Shown piece after piece: positions 28,997 to 39,682 of a stretch of 64,000 nucleotides of DNA (positions within the stretch are counted from its first letter, which is position 1; the number at the start of each line of letters is the position of its first letter). The stretch lies in assembly GCA_965243025.1 (NCBI GenBank), contig CBDETY010000003.1, forward strand, positions 2,272,001 through 2,336,000, read 5' to 3'. The notes under the pieces are model-generated. The model was not told the origin of the DNA, searched no databases, and saw only the letters and a list, made by a program, of their open reading frames with translations. The translations under genes and the position numbers were made by a program. The DNA is from Candidatus Latescibacterota bacterium (lineage in GTDB: Bacteria > Latescibacterota > UBA2968 > UBA8231).

Positions 28997-29785
28997 TCAG
29001 CCATCCGGCCCGGCGGGCTCGAAACCCAGCTCGACCAGCTTCGATATCATCCGCCGGATGCGCGGGCGCCCGCTGTTCAGCATCGCCTCGGTCGGCCGCA
29101 CGCTCCACCGGGTCCTGTCGTGGACTTCCCTGACTTCTGCGACCTGGGCATCGGTCCGGGGGTTGGTGAAGAAGTTGACGGCGTGCTGGTGGCGGCCCGG
29201 CCTGCCGCCGAACGCCCCGTGCAGCACGGACTCGGTGAAGACGACGATGTCGCCCGGCTCCACCTCGAGGGGGACGTGGGGAATCTCCTCCTGGGCGAGC
29301 CCGAAGGGCCTGTAACCGGGGTCCATGCCGGTCCGACGCAGGGGCGCCATCGGGTCGGGGTTGCGCGGGATGTGCGTTCCGGGGACGACGCGCAGGCAGC
29401 CGCTGTCGCGGGTCAGGGTCTCGGGGTAGAACCCGATCTTGATCCAGCGCAGGCCGCTGGGAAAGGGATCCCCCGCATGCCACGCCGTGGGCTCGACGCG
29501 CAGCCTCCCCTCCGTCTGGTCGAGAACGAAGTCGGGGCCGCACAGATCGACCCCGATGTCGTAGATGCGGTCGTCGTCGAGCAGGCTGAACAAGAAAGGC
29601 CGCCGCTCGAAGAAAGGCTGGACGTACTCGGTCGTCTCTCCCGAAAACGGCTGCCCGCCCCGGTCCTCTTCGAAAACCTCCTCGGCCTCGCGCTTCAGGG
29701 TCGCCGCCTCCCCGGGGTCGAGGAGCCGGGGCAACAGGAGGAACCCGAAGGCTTCGAAGTGGGCTATCTGTTCGGGTGACAGCAT
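28997..29785 (-). CDS. Phytanoyl-CoA dioxygenase family (Fe/2OG) protein
   Basis: MLSPEQIAHFEAFGFL, TAWHAGD, GCLRVVPGTH, PGDIVVF...LHG. Confidence 0.88.
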   Translation of the reverse strand: MLSPEQIAHFEAFGFLLLPRLLDPGEAATLKREAEEVFEEDRGGQPFSGETTEYVQPFFERRPFLFSLLDDDRIYDIGVDLCGPDFVLDQTEGRLRVEPTAWHAGDPFPSGLRWIKIGFYPETLTRDSGCLRVVPGTHIPRNPDPMAPLRRTGMDPGYRPFGLAQEEIPHVPLEVEPGDIVVFTESVLHGAFGGRPGRHQHAVNFFTNPRTDAQVAEVREVHDRTRWSVRPTEAMLNSGRPRIRRMISKLVELGFEPAGPDG

Positions 29786-29887
29786 GTCGGCCTCTCCGGT
29801 TTCAGTGCAGTGCGGGTTTCCGCGTCAGTTCTCATGCAGCTGCATCCGGAGCCAGCCGGCGAGGAGCTCGCCTGCCGGCGCCCGAAC

Positions 29888-31465
29888 TCAGGGTACCGCA
29901 TGGCCCGCCATCACCCCCGTGCAGCGCTCCTCGTCGACGGCGATCTGCCCGTTGACCAGCACGAAGGGAATGCCCGCGGGATACTGCTTCGGGTCGTCGT
30001 AGGTCGCGGTGTCGATGACGCGGTCCGGATCGAACAGGACGACGTCGGCGAAGCAGCCTTTCTCCAGGCGCCCCCGCGAGCGGATACCGAACCGGCGCGC
30101 CGGGTTGTCGGTCATGCGCTGAATCATCTGTTCGAGGCTCAGGACCCCGAAGCGCCGCCGCAGGCGGCCGAGAAAGCGGGGGTAGGCTCCGTAACAACGC
30201 GGGTGGGGCATGCCCCCTGCAGGGGTTATGTCGCTGCAGGCCATGTAGTCGGGACGGGCGAGCAGCTCGAGCGAATCGCGGCTGACCTGCCTCCAGAGAC
30301 CGGTGTTCACCGGCGGCGCGGACAGGTAGCCGATCTTCAACTCCTCCTCCAGCAGCAGTTGGCACAGCGTCTCCCCCAGCGGCAGGCCGCGGCCCCCGGC
30401 GACATCGATCAGGCTCATTCCCTCGAGCCCGGGGTTCTTCGGCAGGCAGGTGAACACGACCTCGTCCAGGGGTTCGTACTCCTCCTCAAGGAAGCGGGCC
30501 ATGCGCGCACGCTGCGCCGGGTCCGCGAGCCGCTCGAGAATGGCGTCCGGCCCCCCTTCCTGGGCGAATCCCGGGAGGGAGGCCACGCTGATACTGCTGC
30601 CGGTGGGGTAGGGATAGATGTCGAAGCTGCTGTCGACCCCTTCGGCCTTCGCCCTGTCGATGGGCTCCAGAAGGGCTTCCACCTGTCCGGCGTTGCGGGC
30701 CGCTGTCCTGAAGTGGGCGAAGTGGACCTTGACGCCGGTTTCCCGGCCGACGTGAAGCGCCTCCTCGACGCCGTTCCCTCCCCGGGCGCGGTCGAGCTCG
30801 ACCAGTCTCGGCTCGACCACGTAGATCCTGCCGGCGTCGGCGACGGTGCGGCACAGGTCGACGAACTCGGCGGTGTCTCCCCAGGGACTGGGATAGTAGC
30901 TGGCCCCCGTCGAAAAGCCGACCGCCCCCTCCTCCAGGCCCTGGGCGATCATGCGCCTTGCCGCCCGGGCGTCGTCGCCCGTCAGCGGAACGTCGCGAAA
31001 CCCGAGGACCTCGAGACGGATGGCGCCGTGGGGAACGAGATAAGCCGTGTTGATGGCGACCCGGCGATGGTAGTGGCTGCGGAAAGCGGCGACCGAATCC
31101 ATCGCCAGGCCGGGGATCGGGTCGCCGAGCAGGCCGGCAAGCCAGCGCCGGTAGGTGAGGTGATTGGCCGCGGACAGGGGGGCGAAGGACATTCCGTCGA
31201 GACCCATGACCTCGGTGGTGATCCCCTGGCGCAGCCCGTTGGCGTGCTGCGGGTCGGCGAGCAGGTCCCCCTCGGAGTGGGTGTGGGTGTCGATGAAGCC
31301 GGGGGCCACCGCCAGGCCGCGGGCATCGATGGCGCGGGCCGCCTCGGCCCCGGCGAGGTCGCCGACCTCCTCGATGCGCTCGCCGAGGATGCCGACGTCG
31401 GCTTGCCGGCCGGGAGCCCCGGTCCCGTCGTACACGGTGCCGCCGCGGATTACGATGTCGAAAAT
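29888..31465 (-). CDS. N-acyl-D-amino-acid deacylase (amidohydrolase); apparent ATT start
   Basis: FDIVIRGGTVYDGTG, APGFIDTHTHS, HPRCYGAYPRFLG, ADVVLFDP; homology extends 10 codons upstream of the tracked GTG. Confidence 0.88.
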   Translation of the reverse strand: MFDIVIRGGTVYDGTGAPGRQADVGILGERIEEVGDLAGAEAARAIDARGLAVAPGFIDTHTHSEGDLLADPQHANGLRQGITTEVMGLDGMSFAPLSAANHLTYRRWLAGLLGDPIPGLAMDSVAAFRSHYHRRVAINTAYLVPHGAIRLEVLGFRDVPLTGDDARAARRMIAQGLEEGAVGFSTGASYYPSPWGDTAEFVDLCRTVADAGRIYVVEPRLVELDRARGGNGVEEALHVGRETGVKVHFAHFRTAARNAGQVEALLEPIDRAKAEGVDSSFDIYPYPTGSSISVASLPGFAQEGGPDAILERLADPAQRARMARFLEEEYEPLDEVVFTCLPKNPGLEGMSLIDVAGGRGLPLGETLCQLLLEEELKIGYLSAPPVNTGLWRQVSRDSLELLARPDYMACSDITPAGGMPHPRCYGAYPRFLGRLRRRFGVLSLEQMIQRMTDNPARRFGIRSRGRLEKGCFADVVLFDPDRVIDTATYDDPKQYPAGIPFVLVNGQIAVDEERCTGVMAGHAVP

Positions 31466-32014
31466 GATGCCCTCCCTCGAGGATCTCTACCGCCGGTTTT
31501 GAGCACTGGCAAGTCGGCAGGCTTCAGGATACGATCCTCTCGACCTCCCACTTGCCGTTCCCGGCCACCGCCCTCATCCCCCGCTGCTCGGGCTCCATGG
31601 CGGCGCAACTGCTCTTCAGTCAACACGGGATCTTCTTCCCCCATAGGTTTCCCGGGAACCGGGCGAACACGGGACCTTTCCGGAACAGGCGCAGCATGGC
31701 GCTTTGTCAGCCGACGATATTGCAATGCCCGCCTCCCGGCAATCTCCTTCGCAGGCGTGACTCGAGGAGGAAGTGAGGACACCGGCGATCGGAGCTGGAG
31801 GAACCCTCGGGGGAAATCGGAATCCGTTTCGTTCCCCCGCCGTCGCATTCCTGGAACACCCCTCCCGTACGCATGGCAGTCCGGGCCCCTCGGCGATCGG
31901 GTTCCGGCGGTCTATTTTTCCGGACCGGCTGTTGTGTCCCGAGCCGATAAACATTTTAAACCGGCCGACCGCGGATGAGCCTGGAAGGCTCCATGGCCGC
32001 GGCCGCAACCACCG

Positions 32015-33484
32015 ATGCTGTTCATCGACGACTATCACATCCACTCGAGCCAGGGCCTCGAGAGGCGGTTCCACCGCCTCAACAAGCACCCCGGCAACCC
32101 GGTGAAGGTATTCACCGACCCCTGGGGCTCGTCGGTCGTCAACCACGGCGGCTTCGAGCGCGATCCGGATACCGGCGAGTTCGTGCTCTGGTACTCGACC
32201 GGGCCGGCCGATCCGGCCAGCGTGGTCGAGCGGCGCTTCGTCTGCCAGGGGAGGTCGAGCGACGGCCTGACCTGGGAAACGCCCCCCCTCGGGCTGTACG
32301 AGTTCCGCGGCAGCCGCGACAACAACATCTGCATCACCGGCTACACCTACGCGGGGGTCTGCGACGAGCCGCACGAGTTCACCGGTCCGGCGATCCTGCG
32401 CGACCCCCTCGACCCGGATCTGTCGGCGCGCTACAAGATGGCCCTGTGGCGCTACAACCGCGGCAGCAACCCCGCCACCGGCGAGCCGCTCTACGAGTCG
32501 AAGGACACACCCTACCCGACGGGACTCTACACCGCCACCTCTCCCGACGGCATCCGCTGGCCGGCGCGCGAACGCCTCGTGCACACCCATGCCGACGGCT
32601 TCGGCGACACCTGTACCTGGATGCTCGACACCCTGCGCCGGGGGTACCGCCTCTTCGGCAAGCGCCTCTACTGGGACGACCGCTTCGACAGCGGCAAGAT
32701 CCGCCATGGCCGCCCGGGAATCTGGGTGCGGCTGCGCCATACCTGCTGGAGCCCGGACTTCGCCTCGTGGTCGCCGCACGTCCCGATCCTGCCGATCGAC
32801 GGGGAGGACCGCCCCCATGACCAGATCTACATGAACAACGGCTTCGTGTACGACGACATGTACCTCGGGTTCGCCCAGATCCTGCACGCCCTCGACGACT
32901 GGGCCCTCGACATCGACTTCGCCTGCTCCCGGGACGGGGAGGAATGGCAGCGGCCGGCAGCGGCCCGGCGCATCCTGCCGCGGGGCGAGGAAGACGAATG
33001 GGACAGCGGGCGCCTGGCGATGTTCCCGTCGCCCCCGGTGCGGGAGGGAGACGAGCTGTTCTTCTACTACACCGCCGGCTCCCAGTATCACAAGCCGGCC
33101 CCGAAGCGGGAGCTGCCCCCGGGGAGGGAGCGCCCCAACGGCCTCTGCCTGGCCACCCTGCGGGTCGACGGGTTCGCGGGGATGCGCGCCGCGGGTTCGG
33201 GAAAGCTGCGCGCGCGGCCGATGTTCATCCGGCACCGGGACCTGGCGGTCAACGTCGACGCCGCCGGGGGCGCCTGCCGGGTCCGCCTGCTCGACGAAGG
33301 CGGGGTGGAGCTTCCCGGCTTCGGCTTCGACGACATGGAAGCGGTCGCCGCCGACGCGGTGGAGCATCCCCTGCGGTGGCGGGGCGGCGACTCGGTGGCG
33401 GCCCTGCACGGACGCTGGATCACCCTCGAGATCGAGCTGCGGGGAGCGGAGCTGTTCGCCGTGCACAACCGGACGCGGACCTGA
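32015..33484 (+). CDS. Putative five-bladed beta-propeller glycoside hydrolase-like protein
   Basis: LFIDD, KHPGNPV, SSDGLTWE.P.LGL, SRDG..W, LATLRVDGF, C-terminal beta-sandwich. Confidence 0.7.
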   Translation: MLFIDDYHIHSSQGLERRFHRLNKHPGNPVKVFTDPWGSSVVNHGGFERDPDTGEFVLWYSTGPADPASVVERRFVCQGRSSDGLTWETPPLGLYEFRGSRDNNICITGYTYAGVCDEPHEFTGPAILRDPLDPDLSARYKMALWRYNRGSNPATGEPLYESKDTPYPTGLYTATSPDGIRWPARERLVHTHADGFGDTCTWMLDTLRRGYRLFGKRLYWDDRFDSGKIRHGRPGIWVRLRHTCWSPDFASWSPHVPILPIDGEDRPHDQIYMNNGFVYDDMYLGFAQILHALDDWALDIDFACSRDGEEWQRPAAARRILPRGEEDEWDSGRLAMFPSPPVREGDELFFYYTAGSQYHKPAPKRELPPGRERPNGLCLATLRVDGFAGMRAAGSGKLRARPMFIRHRDLAVNVDAAGGACRVRLLDEGGVELPGFGFDDMEAVAADAVEHPLRWRGGDSVAALHGRWITLEIELRGAELFAVHNRTRT

Positions 33485-33560
33485 GGGGAATGCCCGGGGA
33501 AGTCGCCGGGAGCCGCGCGATTGCCGACTCGATGGCGAACCGCGAGACAAGGAGATCCAG

Positions 33561-34994
33561 ATGAACAGGGCTGATGCGGCTTCCTTCGACGAGTTCCTCG
33601 CCGGCGGGATCTTCTCCTCGCCGGAAACCCGGATCAACCTCGAGATCCTCTGCGACGACTTCGGCAGCTGTTTCGCCGGCACCCGCGGAGAAGAAGAGGC
33701 GGCCCGCTTCCTCGAGGGCAAGCTGCGCGAGTACGGTCTCGAAAACGTCCGCACCGAGCCGTTCGAGTACAACGGCTGGACGCGGGGAGCCGCCCGCCTG
33801 TCGATGACCTCGCCGCGGCAGCGCGACCTGGAATCCCTGTCGATGCCGATGGCGGCCCCGGGCCTGGTCCGCGGGCGCGTCATCGATCTCGGGTACGGCG
33901 CCCCGGAGGACTTCGAGGCCCGACGCGGCGAGCTCGCCGGCAACATCGCCCTCGTCGCCGGCACCAACCCCCCGGGAGCCGGCCGCTGGATCCACCGCAT
34001 CGAGAAGTACAACCGCTCGGTCCTCGCCGGCGCCGCCGGGTTCATCTGGACCGGGCACAGCGAAGGGGTGGGTCCCTTCACCGGGGCCGTCGGCTTCAAT
34101 CGCTGGGGCCTGATCCCCGCGGTCATGGTCTCCCTGGAGACCGGGCTGCTGCTGCGCCGGCTCATCGGCCGGCACCGGGCGGTCGAGGCGGAAATCGAGA
34201 GCGCCGACGTCCAGGAGCGCAAGACCTCCTGGAACATCATCGGCGACACCGGCGGCGGCGGAGCCGGCGACGACGGGGAGATGGTCGTCATCGGCAACCA
34301 CTACGACGGCCACGACATCTCCCAGGGGGCCGAGGATCCGAAGTCGGGATTGGTGGCCGCCCTCGACATCGCCCGCGCGCTGCCGCAGTGCGCCGGCCGC
34401 CTCGACCGCCGGGTGCGCTTCGTCCTCTTCGGGGTCGAGGAGCTGGGCCTGATCGGGGCGCACGCGTACGTCGACACCCACCCCGCCGACATCGCCCGCA
34501 CCCGCTGCATGTTCAACCTCGATGCCGCGGGCGGACGCGGGACAAAGGGGCTGAGCCTGTACGGTCCCGACACCCTGTCTTTCTTCCAGCCCCTGGCCGC
34601 CGCCCTCGGGGAAGGGCTCCAAGTCGAGAGGGAAACCTCGCCGCTGGCCGAACCGCCGCATCTGTCCGCCGACCACTACCCCTTCGTCGCGCAGGGGATC
34701 CCCTGCGGCTTCATCCGCGACCCCGACCAGGGGGTCATCATCACCCGCTACTACCACACCCCCCACGACACGGTCGACAAGCTGCGGGTCGCCGACATCC
34801 GGCAGGCGGCCTTCCTGTGCGCCCGCCTCGCCTGGAGGGTCGCCAACGCCGGGGACTGGCCCCAAATCAGGCCGGATGCCGCCGGGGTGGCGCGGGCTCA
34901 GGCGGAGTACGACGCCAGCCAGGTCAGCAGGCAGTTGGAGGCGGAGATCGAGGAGCTGAGGAAACGCCGGCAGTCAGACCCCGCGGAGGACTGA
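33561..34994 (+). CDS. M28 family metallopeptidase with PA domain
   Basis: NHYDGHD, GAED..SG, EELGLIG, NLD, SADHYPF, YYHTPHDT. Confidence 0.9.
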   Translation: MNRADAASFDEFLAGGIFSSPETRINLEILCDDFGSCFAGTRGEEEAARFLEGKLREYGLENVRTEPFEYNGWTRGAARLSMTSPRQRDLESLSMPMAAPGLVRGRVIDLGYGAPEDFEARRGELAGNIALVAGTNPPGAGRWIHRIEKYNRSVLAGAAGFIWTGHSEGVGPFTGAVGFNRWGLIPAVMVSLETGLLLRRLIGRHRAVEAEIESADVQERKTSWNIIGDTGGGGAGDDGEMVVIGNHYDGHDISQGAEDPKSGLVAALDIARALPQCAGRLDRRVRFVLFGVEELGLIGAHAYVDTHPADIARTRCMFNLDAAGGRGTKGLSLYGPDTLSFFQPLAAALGEGLQVERETSPLAEPPHLSADHYPFVAQGIPCGFIRDPDQGVIITRYYHTPHDTVDKLRVADIRQAAFLCARLAWRVANAGDWPQIRPDAAGVARAQAEYDASQVSRQLEAEIEELRKRRQSDPAED

Positions 34995-35166
34995 GACGCT
35001 GCCGGTTCGGTGCGGCCTCCCTCGAATCTGCAAGGATCGAAGCGGAAGGTGGGAAGCACGTCTCCCCAATGCCGGCCTGCCGGACGCAGCAACGGCCGCG
35101 TCAGCCCTGGTGAATCAGCCGGGCGGGGACTGACCGGATCGCAATTCCGTGTACCCAGGGCAGCCT

Positions 35167-36438
35167 CTACCGCGCCTGCTCCCAGGCCGGCCCCGACTCC
35201 GTGGCCGCCCACCAGCGCTCGAAGGCTTCGGGATCCTCCGCCCCGTCCCAGTGGTCGGCGACTACCGGGGCGGCGTAGGAGGGGACGTTCGAGGGGGCGT
35301 CGAGCCCGTGCAGGCGCTCCAGGGAGCGCATGGAGTCGGTTCTGCCCGGCTGGTCGGGGTCGTGGCGGACGTAGACGGCCGTGCCGTCGGCGTAGCGCAC
35401 CCGCACCAGGAAACGCCCCCTGTCCATCGGCTGCTGCGAGGCGCACTTCTCCAGCCTTTCCCGGTCGAGAGTGACCCCGAGACCCGGCCCTTCCGGCACC
35501 TGCACGGTTCCGCCGACCACCGGCATCTCTTCGGCGGTGACGTCCTCCTTCCAAAGGTGGCAGATGTCGACGTGGTCGATGGTCGCCGCGGGAAAGACCG
35601 CGGCCTGGTGGGCGAGGAAGGCCTGGTTGATTACGCCGCCGGCGTTCTGCAGCATCAGCGGCGTGCGCGTCATCTCGGCCACCGCCGCGAGTTTGGCCGC
35701 GCTCCCGACCGGGGCGTGGCCGCTCATGAAGCCGTCGCAGATCCTCCTGACCATGAACTCGGCGGGCCCGTGGTGGGTGATGATCGGCAGCTTGCACTTC
35801 TCCTTGAGCAGTCGGTAGCCGTCCTCGTCCCCGGGATCCATCGGGTCCTCGATGCGGCCGGCCACCGGGAAGCGCTCCAGCTCGAGCAGGATCGGGCAGA
35901 TGGTGTAGAAGGAGAGGTTGGCGTTGAAGTCGTAGTGAACGCGGAACCCTTCCGGGGCGGCCTCCTGCATGGCCGCGGTCTGGTCGAGGATGTTCTGCAC
36001 CTGGTCGAGGTGGAACTTGATCCAGCGGTAGCCCGCGGCCGCGGCGCGGCGCACCTCCTCGGCCATGTCCGCCGGGGGCCGGGCAACCGTCCAGGCCGCC
36101 ACCGGCACCCAGGACCGCACCTTCGGCCCGATCAGCTTCCAGGCCGGCACCCCCAGCATCTTCCCCATCAGGTCGTAGGCGGCCATGCAGATCGGCAGGT
36201 CGACCTGTGAGTTGATCCAGTCGAACGGGTCGGTGCCGACGTAGCGCCGGCGCAGCGCCTCGACGTCGGCGCCCAGGCCCCACTGCTCCCCCAGGCCCTC
36301 CAGGCCGTCGTCGGTGCGGACGATGAAGACGACGCGTCCCTGGGTCTGGCGGCCGTGGGTGCGCGCGAGGTAGAGGCCGTTGAAGTCCTGGTATTCCGGG
36401 TAGATTTCGAAGGCTTCGATCTCGGTTATCCGGGCCAT
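35167..36438 (-). CDS. Mandelate racemase/muconate lactonizing enzyme family protein
   Basis: VRTDDGLEGLGE, AAYDLMGKMLGVPAWKLIG, YDFNAN, IEDP, VPEGPGLGVTLD. Confidence 0.85.
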   Translation of the reverse strand: MARITEIEAFEIYPEYQDFNGLYLARTHGRQTQGRVVFIVRTDDGLEGLGEQWGLGADVEALRRRYVGTDPFDWINSQVDLPICMAAYDLMGKMLGVPAWKLIGPKVRSWVPVAAWTVARPPADMAEEVRRAAAAGYRWIKFHLDQVQNILDQTAAMQEAAPEGFRVHYDFNANLSFYTICPILLELERFPVAGRIEDPMDPGDEDGYRLLKEKCKLPIITHHGPAEFMVRRICDGFMSGHAPVGSAAKLAAVAEMTRTPLMLQNAGGVINQAFLAHQAAVFPAATIDHVDICHLWKEDVTAEEMPVVGGTVQVPEGPGLGVTLDRERLEKCASQQPMDRGRFLVRVRYADGTAVYVRHDPDQPGRTDSMRSLERLHGLDAPSNVPSYAAPVVADHWDGAEDPEAFERWWAATESGPAWEQAR

Positions 36439-36643
36439 GCTCCCCTCCTGTCGGTGGCGGGGTAACCTACGCCCCCCGGATTTCACCGTCTACGCGGTGC
36501 AGGCATGGGGCGATCCGTTCTTGACAGCTATCGGGGGCGCTACCAACTTGCCGGGGTTGCCCGAAACTTCAGCGGCGCCGGGCTGAAAACCCGGCTGTTC
36601 CGCCGCCCATCTTTCGCAAAAGAAATCGAAAAGGAACACAGGT

Positions 36644-37504
36644 TTGAAAACGTTCGGATCCGGCGATCACACCTACAGGGCGGTCGAAGGCTGGGGCCGC
36701 GGACCCGAAGGCTGGGACTTCGGCATCGTCTCGTCGATGGCCACCGACTCCGAGGACAACGTCTACGTCATCGACCGCGAGCCGAACCCCGCCATCGTCG
36801 TCCTCGACCGGAACGGCAGGCTGCTGGCCACCTGGGGCCAGGATTTCTTCAAGGTCCCCCACTCGATATGGATCGGGGGGGGCCGCGTCTACATCACCGA
36901 CTGCACCCTGCACACCGCCACCATCCACACCCTTCAGGGGGAGCTGCTGCGGACCCTGGGCACCCCCGGCGAGCCCGGAGAGCCGGGCAAGCCGTTCAAC
37001 TCCCCCACCTGGATGGTGCCCGGCAACCACAACGACCTCTACGTCACCGACGGGTACCGGCAGAACTACGTGCACCGGTTCTCCAGCGCCGGCGAGCTTC
37101 TGTGCACCTGGGGCGGCGACGGCACCGGGCCGGGTCAGTTCGACACCCCGCACTGCGTCCGCGTCGACAGGAACGACCGCGTCCTCGTCCTCGACCGCAG
37201 CAACTCCCGCGTCCAGATATTCGACGCCGAAGGCGGTTTCCTGGAGGCCTGGACCCACCTGTTTCCGGGCAACGATCTCTTCATCGACGGCGACGACACC
37301 GTCTACCTCGCCGAATCGGAGAAGCGGATCAGCATCCTCGACCTCGGGGGTGCCATCATCTGCCAGTGGGGCGAGGAAGGGGAAGAGCCGGGGCAGATCG
37401 TCGACGCCCCGCACGGCATCTGGGTCGACTCGCGCGGCGACATCTACATGTGCGAGGTCCCCTGGACCCCGAACCGGCTGACCAAGTACGAACGCGTGAG
37501 ATAA
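36644..37504 (+). CDS. NHL-repeat beta-propeller protein
   Basis: Repeated PH.i.vD / YVTDGY / WG..G..PGQF..PH motifs. Confidence 0.88.
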   Translation: MKTFGSGDHTYRAVEGWGRGPEGWDFGIVSSMATDSEDNVYVIDREPNPAIVVLDRNGRLLATWGQDFFKVPHSIWIGGGRVYITDCTLHTATIHTLQGELLRTLGTPGEPGEPGKPFNSPTWMVPGNHNDLYVTDGYRQNYVHRFSSAGELLCTWGGDGTGPGQFDTPHCVRVDRNDRVLVLDRSNSRVQIFDAEGGFLEAWTHLFPGNDLFIDGDDTVYLAESEKRISILDLGGAIICQWGEEGEEPGQIVDAPHGIWVDSRGDIYMCEVPWTPNRLTKYERVR

Positions 37505-37519
37505 GCGGAGGCCGTATCG

Positions 37520-39499
37520 ATGAAGCGCATGCAATGGCTGGCTGCCTGGACCGCGGTCGCCTGCACGGCCTCGGCGAGCGGGGCGCTGACCCTGTTCCGC
37601 GTGGGGGGCGAGGGTCTGCCGGAGCCGGAGCTGGAAGTTCCCTTCGAGTTCGTCCAGCTCTCCTGGGAAGAGCCGGACGCCAACCGCTTCGGCGACGAAA
37701 TCAGCCTCGACCGCCGGCCGGAGTTGATTACACCGGAGGTGAGCGACCCCGGGGTGAACCTGTCCCCCACCATGCTGCAGGGCAACCTGGTCTTCCTGGC
37801 GGGAGGAGACTGGGCGATTCCGGAACGGGTGCCCGGATGGATGGACGTGCGCTTTTCGGTGCGCATGGCCGACGAGGACAGCGAGTCCTACTACACCGAT
37901 CACAACAGCATGATCTACATGTTCGACCTGCAGCGGCAGATCCATCTCCGCCGCGTCCGTTTCTTCACCCGCCCTGACGACGGCAACCTCGTCACCTGCG
38001 GCTTCGGCATGGCCGAAACCCTCACGGTCTGCCGCTCCGGCGGCATCGACCCGGTGCCGCGGTTCCTGATCGCCGTCAGCGACGGCGACCCCGCCAAGGC
38101 AGGGACGCGTCCCTACACCCTGCAGTACAACAACAAGACCCACCCGTCGCGGCGCCACGACTTCGACGTCATCCACGAGGGTACCGGGGGCAAGCTCATC
38201 GACCTCGACTTCCCCTCGGTGCCGACGCGGCGCCTGCTCTTCCGCATCTTCGCCCAGGAAGGGGTGGACTGGGAGATCGCCGAGTTCGAGATCTACGGCA
38301 GCGGGTTCGTCCCCTTCTCCAGGTACACCTCCAACGTCATCGACCTCGGGGAGGTGCTCAGCATCGGCGACCTGACCTGGTCCGGAAGGCAGGGAGAAGA
38401 GGTCGGGACCCGCGTCGACATCACCATGCGCAGCGGCGACGACGACCAGCCCGAGGTCTACTGGCGCTACACCTTCCGCGGGGGCGAGCAGGTGCCGTTC
38501 TCCGAAACCGGGACGCCGCTGACCAAGGCCCAGTACCGGCGCCTCGAAATCCCCGAGCAGGGGGACATCCGCCACGACAAGGACAACTGGCTTACCTGGA
38601 ACACCCCTTACGATTTCACCGCGGGAAGCGGCACCGCCCACGCCGGCAGGCCGCGGCGTTTCGTGCAGTTCGACGTCGCCTTCCACTCGACACCGGAGTC
38701 GGGCAGCGAGGTCGACTACCTGCAGTTCGCCGCCTCTCCTCCCCTGGTCACGGGGGCCGCCGCCGAGATCAACCCCAACACCGCCGCGGCCGGGGAGCTC
38801 ACCACCTTCACCTGCCGCCTGCGCCCCCACCTCGAGCCGGGGGACAACGGCTTCGACCTGATCGCCATCGACACCCCGGCGCAGGTCTCCGGCGTCGACC
38901 CGGTCGCCCGCATCGGCGGAGCGGAGATCGACATCGAAGTGACGCGCATGGACGGGGAAGGCTTCGCGGTGAAAGTTCCCCGCGTCGACCCCGGGAGCAC
39001 AGGCGAGCTGATCGAGCTGACCTTCGAGGCGCGGGTGTTCGAGTACGGAACCCCCTTCATCCCGCGGCTCTCCGACAGCGAGCTCCCCTTCGAGGTGCCC
39101 CAGCCGGTGGTCGAGGGGGAGGCCGACGAAAACAGCGACGGCAAACGCCTGCGGGTCGCCCTGACCTCGATTCCCGAGGACCCGATTCGCAACCTTCGCC
39201 TCTCCTCCCCCGTGGTCACCCCCAACGGCGACGGCGCCAACGACCGCGTCGAGATCGAGTACCAACTGCTCAACCTGACCGGTGAAGTCCCCGCGGCCAT
39301 CGGGATCTACGAGCTGTCGGGGCGGAAGGTGGGTGAGATCGGCGTCGGCGCCGGCCCGGTCAGCGGGCTGTTCCGGGTCGAATGGGACGGCTCCGGGGAG
39401 AGGGGGCTAATGCCTCCCGGGCTCTACCTCCTGCAGGTGGAGGTCGACGCAGACACCGGGCGGAACCAGGCCGGCCGGCTGGTTTCGGTCGCCTACTGA
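37520..39499 (+). CDS. Secreted protein with C-terminal FlgD/CHU_C-like Ig domain
   Basis: Signal peptide; WEIAEFEIYGSGFVP; C-terminal VTPNGDGANDRVEIEY...IYELSGRKV...WDG...PPGLYL. Confidence 0.75.
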   Translation: MKRMQWLAAWTAVACTASASGALTLFRVGGEGLPEPELEVPFEFVQLSWEEPDANRFGDEISLDRRPELITPEVSDPGVNLSPTMLQGNLVFLAGGDWAIPERVPGWMDVRFSVRMADEDSESYYTDHNSMIYMFDLQRQIHLRRVRFFTRPDDGNLVTCGFGMAETLTVCRSGGIDPVPRFLIAVSDGDPAKAGTRPYTLQYNNKTHPSRRHDFDVIHEGTGGKLIDLDFPSVPTRRLLFRIFAQEGVDWEIAEFEIYGSGFVPFSRYTSNVIDLGEVLSIGDLTWSGRQGEEVGTRVDITMRSGDDDQPEVYWRYTFRGGEQVPFSETGTPLTKAQYRRLEIPEQGDIRHDKDNWLTWNTPYDFTAGSGTAHAGRPRRFVQFDVAFHSTPESGSEVDYLQFAASPPLVTGAAAEINPNTAAAGELTTFTCRLRPHLEPGDNGFDLIAIDTPAQVSGVDPVARIGGAEIDIEVTRMDGEGFAVKVPRVDPGSTGELIELTFEARVFEYGTPFIPRLSDSELPFEVPQPVVEGEADENSDGKRLRVALTSIPEDPIRNLRLSSPVVTPNGDGANDRVEIEYQLLNLTGEVPAAIGIYELSGRKVGEIGVGAGPVSGLFRVEWDGSGERGLMPPGLYLLQVEVDADTGRNQAGRLVSVAY

Positions 39500-39682
39500 G
39501 CCGCGGGCTTCGCCGGCTGCGAACCGCCCCAGTCCGTGCAGGCGACGTTCACCTGCAATCCCGGGCAGGCGATATCGGTCGCTTTTCCGAAGCGCCCTCA
39601 GGCTGCGGCCGCTCCCCAAGCCGGGCAGGGCCCTCCCCTTTACCGGACAGTCAGGAACGGCCCCGGCCTTTGCCCTCGCTGG

